Assembly: GCA_039024555.1 (NCBI GenBank)
Contig: JBCCQQ010000002.1
Location: 128,001-192,000 of the forward strand
Source of the DNA: Cyanobacteria bacterium P01_D01_bin.156
GTDB taxonomy: Bacteria > Cyanobacteriota > Cyanobacteriia > Phormidesmidales > Phormidesmidaceae
Reading direction: 5' to 3'
DNA length: 64,000 nt
Position numbers and translations under genes: made by a program. Positions 54,680 to 64,000 of this stretch are shown piece after piece. Position 1 is the first letter of the stretch; the number at the start of each line of letters is the position of its first letter. Under the pieces are notes generated by a model. It was given only the letters and a program-made list of their open reading frames with translations. It was not told where the DNA came from and made no database searches.

Positions 54680-55315
54680 CTACACAAACAGAGCTTTCAG
54701 CCAGTCGGTAAACCTGATGGCAATTTCTGTATTGGGACGCAGTGCTTGTTTCGTAATCGCTCTTCCCAGTGGTGTTCCTGGCTCATCATGCCAAGCTAGA
54801 TAGGTATGAATAATTGCTTTACTTCGATGAACTGATTTAAAGGTTGTTAAACCTTGTGTCTGAGCTTGTTCTACACATTTCTGAGCACACTGTAATGAAG
54901 ATTCCTCCGCTAGCTCCATACAAAAATCATCGAGCATTCCAGAGTCTTGATTATTTGGCATCAGCCAAAAGCCTAATTTAGGCTCTTCCGACTCACTTTC
55001 CACAAAGGTACCATTGGGAGTAGGAGTATCTGGAATTTCATAGCTGTAATGCCTTAATTTCTGCTGCACACTCTTCCACCGACCTGATAACGAAGGACTA
55101 TCGGCATCAAGCATGACACCTATTACGTCTGGAGGATCAGGACTGATAATCAAGGCATTCAAGCGACTCAGTACCTGATCATCAGAACCACATTGGTAGA
55201 TCCCAAACGTTTCAGGAACAGTATGAGCCTGGCAAAGAGCCATCACCACATGGCAGTCGTTATCTCCTTCAACCAGTAGAACTTTATCGGTATCTTGTTT
55301 ACAAATATTGTTCAT
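54680..55315 (-). CDS. DUF3226-like TOPRIM-fold protein
   Basis: LLVEGDND (TOPRIM Glu) and MLDAD (DxD); MPNNQDSGMLDD; KAIIHTYLAW..PG. Confidence 0.75.
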   Translation of the reverse strand: MNNICKQDTDKVLLVEGDNDCHVVMALCQAHTVPETFGIYQCGSDDQVLSRLNALIISPDPPDVIGVMLDADSPSLSGRWKSVQQKLRHYSYEIPDTPTPNGTFVESESEEPKLGFWLMPNNQDSGMLDDFCMELAEESSLQCAQKCVEQAQTQGLTTFKSVHRSKAIIHTYLAWHDEPGTPLGRAITKQALRPNTEIAIRFTDWLKALFV

Positions 55316-55320
55316 ACTGG

Positions 55321-56445
55321 CTATCTGACTTCAACATCCATCTCAATCGCATCGGTCAGAGTTTCAGATGTATACTCCGTTACTTTGATGTGGCCATCTT
55401 TTGCATCAAGTCTGAAGAACGCGCCCTGATTAGGATACTTATTCCAAGCACTATCAAATCCAGCTACGCAGTCTCGACTGTGAGTTGTTGCAAACACCTG
55501 AACATTGAGCCTTTCTGCTAACTGAAAAACAATATTCCAAACCTTGGGCTGTACGCTCCAGTGCAAGCCATTTTCAAATTCATCGATGAGAAGTAAGCCG
55601 TCCTGAGCATTCACCAGGGCCACTACTATATGGAACAAGCGAGTCATACCATCACCCATACTCTTCAAAGGCAATGGCTCATCAACACCCTTAACTTTTA
55701 CGAGAGGAATTCGATTATCAGATGAACGTCGTTGACTGTCTTCTACAAAGGCAATTTTTGAAACTCTACTATCAATGAGCCTAAGTGCTGATATGACCTC
55801 TGACTCTAAGTCTGTTAAGCTAGTCAAATCCCAAAGTTCTGCTAATTTTTGATTAGGCATATTGTCTGTTGAAACAGTTTGACACCTATACCTAAACTTA
55901 GGTTCTTGAAGGCTGTATAACCTCTTACGTCTTCGTACTTGTATATCTCTGATATCTCTGTCTAACCTAAAAAGCCTTCTTGATTTGCCCCCTTCTTCCA
56001 AAACTAGAAAAAAATCAATATCAGAAACATCTTCATCAATCAGAAATTCATCAAACCGAGTGATTCTGACCATGCCTGCATCATCATACTTACGGTGATA
56101 AGGTGCTACACCAATATGAATCTCTGAGTTAGAATTAGCTTCTCCAAGAAGAATGCCTCTTTCACTAATTTCAGGCAGTCTATGGCCGAAGAAAAGATGC
56201 CTGACAGGATTTTCAAAGGAACCTTGAGGCTGAGATTGTAACTCACTAAACCAATTTTCTTGCCTAGAATCCACTAGATCAATGAGTACACCCGTAGAAG
56301 CGTTGCTAGAGTAAAGTTCTAATGCTTCAAGAAAAGTACTTTTTCCAGCGTTATTTTTACCAACAATTAGGTTTACTCGACTTAATTTTTTAACTTTAAT
56401 GTCTTGAAAAAGCCTGAAGTTTCTCACCTGAAAGGAACTTAGCAT
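55321..56445 (-). CDS. ABC-type (AAA_15/AAA_21) ATPase
   Basis: NFRLF; GKNNAGKS Walker A; SMGDGM signature; LLLIDEFENGLH Walker B; ATTHS H-loop. Confidence 0.92.
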   Translation of the reverse strand: MLSSFQVRNFRLFQDIKVKKLSRVNLIVGKNNAGKSTFLEALELYSSNASTGVLIDLVDSRQENWFSELQSQPQGSFENPVRHLFFGHRLPEISERGILLGEANSNSEIHIGVAPYHRKYDDAGMVRITRFDEFLIDEDVSDIDFFLVLEEGGKSRRLFRLDRDIRDIQVRRRKRLYSLQEPKFRYRCQTVSTDNMPNQKLAELWDLTSLTDLESEVISALRLIDSRVSKIAFVEDSQRRSSDNRIPLVKVKGVDEPLPLKSMGDGMTRLFHIVVALVNAQDGLLLIDEFENGLHWSVQPKVWNIVFQLAERLNVQVFATTHSRDCVAGFDSAWNKYPNQGAFFRLDAKDGHIKVTEYTSETLTDAIEMDVEVR

Positions 56446-56628
56446 TGAAACTCCTACCATTGTCTAGGGCTAGCTGATAAGTTTACAGCGCTTGCAAACG
56501 TCTCACCAAAATTTCTGAGTTATTTTAGCAAAGCATATCTGACAGCCCTGTCAATTTCTTAGCTTGATATTACGATGACTTAAGTCTTCTGAGGTATGGG
56601 GTAGTACTACAAATTCAGTAACCAGGAT

Positions 56629-57384
56629 TTAAAAATCCTCTTGCTCAATTTCTTCAATTACTTGTAAGCCTCTGGCATCTCCCAAATTCAAGATCGCGGC
56701 GCGAGCATCATCCCTCACGCCTAGATCCTCATCATCGATAAAGGTTTCAATCAGGGCATCAATGGCGGTGGCATAGACCACGTTGTAGGTAATATCGGTA
56801 CACAGTTCCCCAATGGACCAGGCGCAGTTGCTCCGCACAATGGAAATGGAGTCATTGCGCATGGTTTTTACTAAGGCCGGAATCGCTTTGAGTGCAGCTT
56901 CGAAGCTAATTTTGCCCATTTGGCCCAGGGCACTCGCCGCCCAAAGCCGCACTACAGACATATCAGTCTCAATGGCGTCCACTAAAGGAGCCACTGCCTT
57001 TTCATTTTGGCAATTGCCCAAGGCCCACACCACAGCCTTACGTACATAACCATGGGAATCGTGGGTGAGCTGATTGATTAAAGCATCAACCGCTGTCTCG
57101 CTAGGGTTCCTTCCTAGGGCATAGGCTGCATTTACCCGCACCAACGGACTGTCATCCTTAAGCAGTTCAATGAGTCGGGGAATCGCACGAGGTTCTTGAA
57201 TTTTATAAAATGCTCGGGCCGCCAGCATACGCTGCTGCAAAATCTCTGAATGCAACAGGGGTAGCATTTGGTCGGGATTGTAGCGAGGGGACTCATCCTT
57301 TAGGGGAATGTCATCCAAAGGATCGATAGGGGCATCTAACCCCACCTCAGCTTCTAAAATATTAAGAGCATCAATATCATCCAT
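56629..57384 (-). CDS. HEAT-repeat PBS-lyase-like protein (NblB-like)
   Basis: Repeats VRVNAAYALG, VRKAVVWALG, VRLWAASALG, VRSNCAWSIG. Confidence 0.85.
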   Translation of the reverse strand: MDDIDALNILEAEVGLDAPIDPLDDIPLKDESPRYNPDQMLPLLHSEILQQRMLAARAFYKIQEPRAIPRLIELLKDDSPLVRVNAAYALGRNPSETAVDALINQLTHDSHGYVRKAVVWALGNCQNEKAVAPLVDAIETDMSVVRLWAASALGQMGKISFEAALKAIPALVKTMRNDSISIVRSNCAWSIGELCTDITYNVVYATAIDALIETFIDDEDLGVRDDARAAILNLGDARGLQVIEEIEQEDF

Positions 57385-57497
57385 GAATTGAAATCGGGAA
57401 CAGCCGCACGCGTAGATTTAGTAAACCTTGTCCACGTCCAGAAAAGTCGCTTTACCGTAGAAGAAACTACAGGTTTCAATTTGAACGTGGTTCAAAA

Positions 57498-57531
57498 CTT
57501 GGGTAATAGCCGATATCGGCTATTACCCAAG
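57498..57531. repeat. Perfect 34-bp palindrome downstream of hemL
   Basis: CTTGGGTAATAGCCGAT|ATCGGCTATTACCCAAG. Confidence 0.9.
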
Positions 57532-57632
57532 ATGATATCTATAGCAAATATGAGCGTTACTGATTTCGCAACCAGTAGGCCGGAAATCAGTAACGGTAAT
57601 TCTAGAAAGGCTGCTCTCGACAGCCCATATTT

Positions 57633-58934
57633 CTAGATTGAGGACAGTACAGTACGAGCGGCAGCCAACGTATTGGCAATGTCATCATCGGTGTGGGCCA
57701 GAGACGTAAAGCCTGCCTCAAACTGAGAAGGTGCTAGATATACGCCCTGCTCTAACATGCCCCGGTGGAAACGGCTAAACTTCTGCAAATCAGACTGCTT
57801 AGCATCGTCATAGTTATGCACCGGACCTTCGGTGAAGAACATGCCAAACATGCCGCTAATATTGCCACCGCAAACGGCATGACCATTTTGACGAGCAATT
57901 TCAAGCAGACCGTTGATCAGCTTATTGGTGGTTGCTTCTAGCTGCTCATAAGTACCGGGACGACTCAGAATCTCCAGAGTTTTGATACCTGCCGTCATGG
58001 CGAGGGGATTACCAGATAGAGTACCAGCCTGATACACAGGACCTGCAGGCGCAACCATTTCTAGAATCTCGCGACGACCACCGTAGGCTCCTACAGGTAA
58101 GCCACCGCCGATGATTTTGCCCAGGGTGGTGAGGTCAGGCGTCACACCCAGCTTTTCTTGCACACCGCCGTAGGCAATGCGGAAGCCGGTCATCACTTCG
58201 TCAAAGACAAGCAGGGCATCGTTTTCTTGGGTGATTTCCCGTAAACCTTCTAAGAAACCAGCATCGGGAGTAACAAAACCAGAGTTGCCGACAATGGGCT
58301 CTAGAATCACACCGGAAATTTCGCCAGGATGCTGGGCAAACAGTGCTTTAACAGCTTCTAGATCGTTATAAGGAGCCGTTAGTGTAGCAGCGGTCGTACT
58401 TTTGGGAACACCGGGAGAGTCGGGCAAACCTAGAGTGGCCACACCAGAACCGGCTTTAACCAGGAACATGTCAGCATGACCGTGGTAGCAGCCTTCGAAC
58501 TTGATTACCTTGTCCCGTCCGGTAAAAGCGCGCATCAGACGCAGTACCGCCATGCAGGCTTCAGTACCGGAGTTGACGAAGCGTACCATTTCGATGCTGG
58601 GTACGGCCTTGATTACCATCTCGGCCAGAACGTTTTCGAGATAGCAGGGAGCGCCAAAGCTAGTCCCTTTTTGCAAAGCTTCTGTCAGGGCCGCGTTTAC
58701 TTCGTCATTAGCATGGCCGCAAATAGCAGGTCCCCAAGTGCCGACATAATCAATGTATTCGTTACCGTCAACGTCCCAAATGTGAGAGCCTTTGACATGG
58801 TCAAAAACAATGGGCTGACCGCCAACAGACTTGAATGCGCGTACAGGAGAGCTAACGCCTCCGGGCATCAAGCTTTGGGCAGCCGAAAAAATCTCATCTG
58901 ATTTTGTCGTTTTTAAAGATGTGGTAGTAACCAA
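57633..58934 (-). CDS. hemL: Glutamate-1-semialdehyde 2,1-aminomutase
   Basis: [43 protein letters not shown]. Confidence 0.99.
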   Translation of the reverse strand: MVTTTSLKTTKSDEIFSAAQSLMPGGVSSPVRAFKSVGGQPIVFDHVKGSHIWDVDGNEYIDYVGTWGPAICGHANDEVNAALTEALQKGTSFGAPCYLENVLAEMVIKAVPSIEMVRFVNSGTEACMAVLRLMRAFTGRDKVIKFEGCYHGHADMFLVKAGSGVATLGLPDSPGVPKSTTAATLTAPYNDLEAVKALFAQHPGEISGVILEPIVGNSGFVTPDAGFLEGLREITQENDALLVFDEVMTGFRIAYGGVQEKLGVTPDLTTLGKIIGGGLPVGAYGGRREILEMVAPAGPVYQAGTLSGNPLAMTAGIKTLEILSRPGTYEQLEATTNKLINGLLEIARQNGHAVCGGNISGMFGMFFTEGPVHNYDDAKQSDLQKFSRFHRGMLEQGVYLAPSQFEAGFTSLAHTDDDIANTLAAARTVLSSI

Positions 58935-59139
58935 CGGGCTCTCCTTATCGTTTAAATTCGTTTACCTAAGGGATGGATGACAGCCCGCAATGGCTGCCGT
59001 TGTGAATGCTTGCTGAAGATTGCAGTATTCTCAATCCTATCGTTTGTGAGAGTAACGATTGCAATATGTTAAGGAATGTAGCAATGCGGGTAAAGCCCGC
59101 AAACTGCGACAATGGCACCGATACTAAACCGACCCAGCA

Positions 59140-59781
59140 ATGAGTACTCCGCTTTCCTTCGTAGGCGCTATCCCCACTGACAAGATTCGATACAACGATC
59201 AAGGTTTGGTACCTGCGATCGCACAAGATTACCTCGACGGCACAGTGCTGATGATGGCCTGGATGAACCAGGAGTCGTTAACAAAAACGCTAGAAACTGG
59301 AGACGTATGGTACTGGAGTCGTTCCCGTCAGGAACTGTGGCATAAGGGAGCTACATCCGGCCATTTGCAAAAGCTCAAAGCCATCCGCTACGACTGCGAC
59401 AGTGATGCCCTACTGCTCACCATCGAACAGGTGGGCGATATCGCTTGCCATACTGGGAAACGCAGCTGTTTCCATCAGGTAGATGGAGGAATTACCCCCC
59501 CAGCAGCAGATACGTTATCGCAAGTGTATGGGGTCATCTGCGATCGCAAAGCCAACCCCAAACCAGACTCTTACACCAATACGCTCTTTGCCGGTGGCGA
59601 TAACAAGATCCTTAAAAAAATTGGCGAAGAAGCCGCTGAAGTGGTGATGGCCTGCAAGGATGACGAACCGGATGAAATTGCTGGAGAAGTGGCCGATTTG
59701 CTGTATCACACCCTAGTTGCGATCGCTCACCACAACGTAGATATCAAGGACGTTTACCGCAAGCTACAGTCAAGAAGATAG
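59140..59781 (+). CDS. hisIE: Phosphoribosyl-AMP cyclohydrolase / phosphoribosyl-ATP pyrophosphatase
   Basis: [42 protein letters not shown]. Confidence 0.97.
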   Translation: MSTPLSFVGAIPTDKIRYNDQGLVPAIAQDYLDGTVLMMAWMNQESLTKTLETGDVWYWSRSRQELWHKGATSGHLQKLKAIRYDCDSDALLLTIEQVGDIACHTGKRSCFHQVDGGITPPAADTLSQVYGVICDRKANPKPDSYTNTLFAGGDNKILKKIGEEAAEVVMACKDDEPDEIAGEVADLLYHTLVAIAHHNVDIKDVYRKLQSRR

Positions 59782-59867
59782 AGAAATCCTTTAGAGCATG
59801 GGACATGTCTACTTGATTCTCAGACCCATGGCAAAATAGCAGTACAAATGCCCTACCTGCGTTGTCC

Positions 59868-61031
59868 ATGGCTATCAAACCGTCCCAGCTTCAGACGATT
59901 CTGCAAAATAAACGTAGAGAATTCGAAGGTTTCACTCGGGGACAGCAAACCAATCTGGAACGGTACCAGTTGGCGTGGCAAACACTGTGCCAAACCACTG
60001 ATGAGGAACTGAAGAGTTGGCTTAGCGCCCGCCATGGCAACATAGGTGCCCGACCTCTGGAGAATCTAAACACCCACGGAATCTGCCATAGCGGACTAGA
60101 GTGGGGCAATCGAGAACATAGCCTGCAATGGGTGAATGAGCATCTACAGGGCATCACTACATTTGCGGTGGATGGTTCACAAATTTTTCCGAGCAAAGAT
60201 CTATCCCCACCCATTGCCCTGGTACAAATTGGCTGGTTTGAAAATCCACACACATCAACAGCGGACTATATCAAAGACATCGAATTAGATGTGATGACTC
60301 CTAAGGATTTAGAGCTGGGAGATGCTTCAAAGCCCTTAGACCGTCTGGTAAATAAGCACCGTTTCAAGATGGAAGTGGGCCGTTTGGTGGAGTACATCGA
60401 GACGGTTAAAGATCCTGAACATTGCCTGGTGTTTTTTGATGGGGCACTGGTGGCCACCTTTGCCGATGCCTATGAAGATGAGGATCGCAAAGATTATGTT
60501 GAAGCGTTAGTGCGCTTACTACAGGCGAGTGAGACCCATCGAGTACCGCTAGTGGGCTATGTGGACACCAGCTCTGCCCATGATTTAACAACACTTTTGG
60601 AACACCATTCCTCTAGTGTTTCCATGATTCCTAAGGTCACCGATGCCCAGATGCTCAATCGCTACATGCAATGGGGGGATTGTACGCCCGTTTTTCAATG
60701 CGATCGCACTGGCATTCTCACCGAATACAAACAGCATAAAGAGCGGGTGATTTTCACCTATCTAAAAACCAACCAAGGCTATCCCGCTCGCGTTGAAATG
60801 CCTAAATGGATCCATGAAGCAGGCATCACCGAGCAAGTTCTTAATTGGGTTAGGGCAGAAGTCATCGTCGGTGGGGGCTATCCCTACGCCATTGAAACCG
60901 CCGATCAAACCGCAGTGCTCCAAACCAGCGATCGCCAAGTCTTTTTTCGCATTCTCCAGGACTGGGCCAACCATGAAGATCTACAGCTGCGATGGTCACG
61001 CAAAATGATGAGCAAATTGCGGCGACGTTGA
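59868..61031 (+). CDS. nurA: NurA-family nuclease
   Basis: FAVDGSQ; FFDGAL; GYPYAIETADQTAV. Confidence 0.85.
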   Translation: MAIKPSQLQTILQNKRREFEGFTRGQQTNLERYQLAWQTLCQTTDEELKSWLSARHGNIGARPLENLNTHGICHSGLEWGNREHSLQWVNEHLQGITTFAVDGSQIFPSKDLSPPIALVQIGWFENPHTSTADYIKDIELDVMTPKDLELGDASKPLDRLVNKHRFKMEVGRLVEYIETVKDPEHCLVFFDGALVATFADAYEDEDRKDYVEALVRLLQASETHRVPLVGYVDTSSAHDLTTLLEHHSSSVSMIPKVTDAQMLNRYMQWGDCTPVFQCDRTGILTEYKQHKERVIFTYLKTNQGYPARVEMPKWIHEAGITEQVLNWVRAEVIVGGGYPYAIETADQTAVLQTSDRQVFFRILQDWANHEDLQLRWSRKMMSKLRRR

Positions 61032-61509
61032 TGACAGCCAAGACTCTACGCCAACAGCTTTTTTTAACGCCTGGCATTGCTAAACCTTGGGATCATCTCC
61101 CAGCATGGATTGCATGACCCTATCGAAACACACTGCAAGTAACAGAGTATTGCTTTTTCTAAGGTTAATCCCTACGTTCCTAATGAGTATCGAAGATAAA
61201 ACCCTATGGAATTTCAGTGAGTATTTTCACCTATTAGCAATCCGCTAAAGGGTTACAGCAACTCCATAGCCATTAAAGACAACCATGGGTCTGATCAATG
61301 GTTACTGAGACAATTATTGACTTTTGTTGTGTTTGATTGCGTTTCCGTACATTTTTTTTAGGCGGTTCCCAGCATATTCCTAGACTGAGACTACCGGAGG
61401 ACGAGAACTCCCTATATAACTGCATTTTGGGCGATTGTTCATTTGAGTGATTGCCCTGCAGTTTTTCCCTAGCGTCAGGTTTATTGATACGCAAAAGGAT
61501 TTAAATTTA

Positions 61510-62250
61510 ATGACTTTACCTTTGTTAAGCTATCCCACCAGTTGTCAAAACCAGCGTGTAAATGGTTTTGAAATCCCTGGTGATGAGCAACCCCGCATTT
61601 TTTCCACAGCACTTCTGCCTGATGCCCAGGAAATTGACACGCTAATTTTTGCTGCCTATCGCCGCATTTACAACGAACAGCAACTGTTAGCCTGCCATCG
61701 AGATCGCTTTCTTGAGTCTCAGCTGCGTAGCAATCAGATTTCTGTTCGAGACTTTATTCGTGGCCTGTTGCTATCTGAGTCATTTCGACGTCTTAACTAC
61801 GAATGCAGCAACAACTATCGCTTTGTTGATATGTGTGTGCAGCGCGTCCTCGGTCGTAAGGTCTACGATCAGCGTGAAACGCTAGCCTGGTCTATCGTAC
61901 TGGCTACTGACGGTATCCAAGGCTTTGTAGATGCTTTGCTCAACAGTGATGAGTATGTCAACACCTTTGGTGAAGACACCGTCCCCTATCAGCAGCGACG
62001 GATTTTACCTCAGCAGTCCATGGGCGAGCTTCCCTTCGAACGCATGCCTCGCTATGGCAGTGACCACCTAGAGAAACTCCAAGCACTGGGGAATGATTTC
62101 TCTGCTACTGGTGAAGGTTTAGTTGGCAATGGATTACCATCCGAAAAAATCCAAAAGGTGGGCGCAGCCATTACGATTGCGGGTGCTATTGTGCTGACCA
62201 GCGGCTTAGCTGCTGTCATCCTTTCCTGGTTTGGTTGGCTCAAGATCTAA
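61510..62250 (+). CDS. cpcL: Phycobilisome rod-membrane linker CpcL (CpcG family with hydrophobic tail)
   Basis: [39 protein letters not shown]-terminal TM AAITIAGAIVLTSGLAAVILSWFGW. Confidence 0.85.
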   Translation: MTLPLLSYPTSCQNQRVNGFEIPGDEQPRIFSTALLPDAQEIDTLIFAAYRRIYNEQQLLACHRDRFLESQLRSNQISVRDFIRGLLLSESFRRLNYECSNNYRFVDMCVQRVLGRKVYDQRETLAWSIVLATDGIQGFVDALLNSDEYVNTFGEDTVPYQQRRILPQQSMGELPFERMPRYGSDHLEKLQALGNDFSATGEGLVGNGLPSEKIQKVGAAITIAGAIVLTSGLAAVILSWFGWLKI

Positions 62251-62270
62251 TCTCCTCCCAAGAGCCTATT

Positions 62271-62302
62271 AAAGCCCTAGACACTCTGTATCTAGGGCTT
62301 TT
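62271..62302. terminator. Terminator hairpin between cpcL and DUF3685 gene
   Basis: AAAGCCCTAGA-cactctgta-TCTAGGGCTTTT. Confidence 0.75.
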
Positions 62303-62317
62303 CTGCTATTAATAGAA

Positions 62318-64000
62318 CTATTCCCACTCATTAAAGGTGGGCGGAGCCTGTCGTTGACTAGACCGACGAGTATCTTGCCAAGCGCTACCAATGCCCTGCA
62401 AAATGCCGCGCCCCACCAAACCAATGCCGCGCCCCACCACTTCAGTCAGAACATACACGACACTACTGCCCACCAGTGCAACCAATGCCCGTACCCGTGG
62501 ACTCAACGCATCACGAGTTTCCAACAGCAGAGTCATGGCCCAGGGTAACCCAGACAACCGATCGAGTTCTGCACGCCGGGGGGCATATACGGGCGTTAGC
62601 AAAATACCGCGAGGTCCTAAGGTATATAAGCGATACTGACTTTCAAACATGGCCGTGGGGTCATTGACCAATCGATTCCAGCGATAGCGCCAGGAAAGAT
62701 CATTACGAAATCGCTCAATGTCTCGGGTGGAAATCAGCCGCCGACTATACAAACCTTTTTTGATCACCTCAACATCGGCAAGGCGATTGAGCAGGGGCTG
62801 CATTACCCCATTACCCATCTGAATTAGCAGATTTTCCAATAGTTTTTCACTGTGAGCCAACGCTTCAGGAGCTGTCGCGATGTAACTTGTACCTTCAACC
62901 ACCATGGCATCTTGAAATAGCCAGTGGGAGAGCAGTTCAGGCACTAGGGGAATGGGCTTGAGAATTTCTCGCTCGACGACTTCTTTTTCGTTATAAAGAA
63001 CCGCCACCAGTTCCTGTTCCACACCGTTCAGTGGAACCGTATAGTAGCGACCAAAAAATTCTTCTATAGTGGCCACCCACAGATCACGCAAGATTTGTGG
63101 CGATTTTTCCCGTAGCTGTCCTGGCTGGGGAACAGACTGACGTAAATCATCGAGTAAGTCTTCAAATCGACGCAGAATAATAAATAACAGCTCTCGTTTT
63201 TTATCGAGACGCAAAATATCGATTTCTAACGGCTCATCGGTGGTGTTTTGCAAGTCGGTTTGCAGCTTAGCAAACACAGCTTCGAACACCATATTCTGGA
63301 CATCACCACTGCGCAAACTCAGGGGCGCAGACTCTGGTTTAGTCAGTGCTGCCGCTGCACCTAAAGAAGAGGGCACCCCTCCAGGTCGCTGTCGAGGAGG
63401 CTCTGCTGCACGGCGAGAGAGGTTTTTGGCCCAACTAGCATCGGGGTATTGTTGGGTAGCCCAGAGCTGGCGCATACACCAGCGGGCAGCTTTAAGTTCA
63501 CGCATTTGCCCCACTAAAACCTGACGTTCCAGCCAAGGTAACCGGGGACGACGTAGGGCAGCCGTGGTTTTAGCAAGCTGTTGATCAATTTTGTCCAGGC
63601 CCGCCAGCCGCATGCTTAACCGCATGGCAGTCAGCGGTCCAGGAATTTTAGACGGTAGCTGGGGGCGTTTCGGCGTGGGTTCACGCTGGCCCCTGGCCAC
63701 AGAACGAATTAACTGAGCCAGTTCGCGCACAGGCATACTGCGGGTGCCATACCCATCAGCGCCCACTTGACGAGCGGCGGCTTCTAGCACTGGCTCTGCG
63801 CGGGCACTCAGCACCAAAACCGATAGTTTAGAAAACTCAGTTTTGATGGATTTACACAGCTGTAGCCCAGAACTGTTGACAGGGTCAGTTCCAGCCTCGT
63901 TAGCACCCAAGCCCAGATCAACAATCACCAGGTCAATGGTAGATTTTCCACGCAGGGTGGGATCGGTAAACGCTTGGGCTTGAGTGCGATCGCACTTTCT
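62318..64000 (-). CDS. Receiver-like + DUF3685 (Ycf55-like) protein, truncated by window end
   Basis: Frame open to window edge; IDLVIVDL..GLQLC..VLVLS receiver motifs; STRDIERFRNDLSW, LLETRDALSPR. Confidence 0.85.
   Translation of the reverse strand, partial: RKCDRTQAQAFTDPTLRGKSTIDLVIVDLGLGANEAGTDPVNSSGLQLCKSIKTEFSKLSVLVLSARAEPVLEAAARQVGADGYGTRSMPVRELAQLIRSVARGQREPTPKRPQLPSKIPGPLTAMRLSMRLAGLDKIDQQLAKTTAALRRPRLPWLERQVLVGQMRELKAARWCMRQLWATQQYPDASWAKNLSRRAAEPPRQRPGGVPSSLGAAAALTKPESAPLSLRSGDVQNMVFEAVFAKLQTDLQNTTDEPLEIDILRLDKKRELLFIILRRFEDLLDDLRQSVPQPGQLREKSPQILRDLWVATIEEFFGRYYTVPLNGVEQELVAVLYNEKEVVEREILKPIPLVPELLSHWLFQDAMVVEGTSYIATAPEALAHSEKLLENLLIQMGNGVMQPLLNRLADVEVIKKGLYSRRLISTRDIERFRNDLSWRYRWNRLVNDPTAMFESQYRLYTLGPRGILLTPVYAPRRAELDRLSGLPWAMTLLLETRDALSPRVRALVALVGSSVVYVLTEVVGRGIGLVGRGILQGIGSAWQDTRRSSQRQAPPTFNEWE

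Noticed and set aside
54680..56460. Absence of HIP1 as evidence of foreign origin
   Set aside because: HIP1 sites are kilobases apart here, so absence over under 2 kb is not informative
61032..61509. CcaR G-box upstream of cpcL
   Set aside because: No convincing CTTTCCGATTT-like direct repeat found by eye

Overview
Chromosomal window of a cyanobacterium: phycobilisome genes, psb30, cyAbrB and many GCGATCGC HIP1 sites. The gene set is consistent with a filamentous Leptolyngbya-like lineage (inference). Most of it is core genome: radA (partial), the atp1-a-c-b'-b-delta-alpha-gamma operon, apcEABC, hli, a SyCRP1-like crp/DUF2232/cobT cluster, tRNA-Cys, ispF, trmD, ispD, psb30, split UPF0016 Mn transporters, mgdA, ebsA, yajQ, hemL, hisIE, nurA, cpcL and a DUF3685 regulator (partial). 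The main new observation is in the apparently empty 1.7 kb between a patN-like gene and tRNA-Cys (28.2-29.9 kb). It holds three paralogous small ORFs (48-54 aa) below the ORF-track cutoff. Each has a 27-aa double-glycine leader and a divergent cationic core sharing a [W/Y]C-x-[Q/R]-T-[K/R]-[K/N] motif, so this looks like an orphan RiPP, bacteriocin or signal-peptide precursor array. Other points of interest: an AT-rich ABC-type ATPase + TOPRIM-like (DUF3226) pair (putative defence module), a 1.7-kaa coiled-coil/acidic/Hsp70-like protein, a solitary GH24 lysozyme, an MscS-cNMP fusion and several long palindromes. All family assignments come from motif recognition and recall, not database searches.
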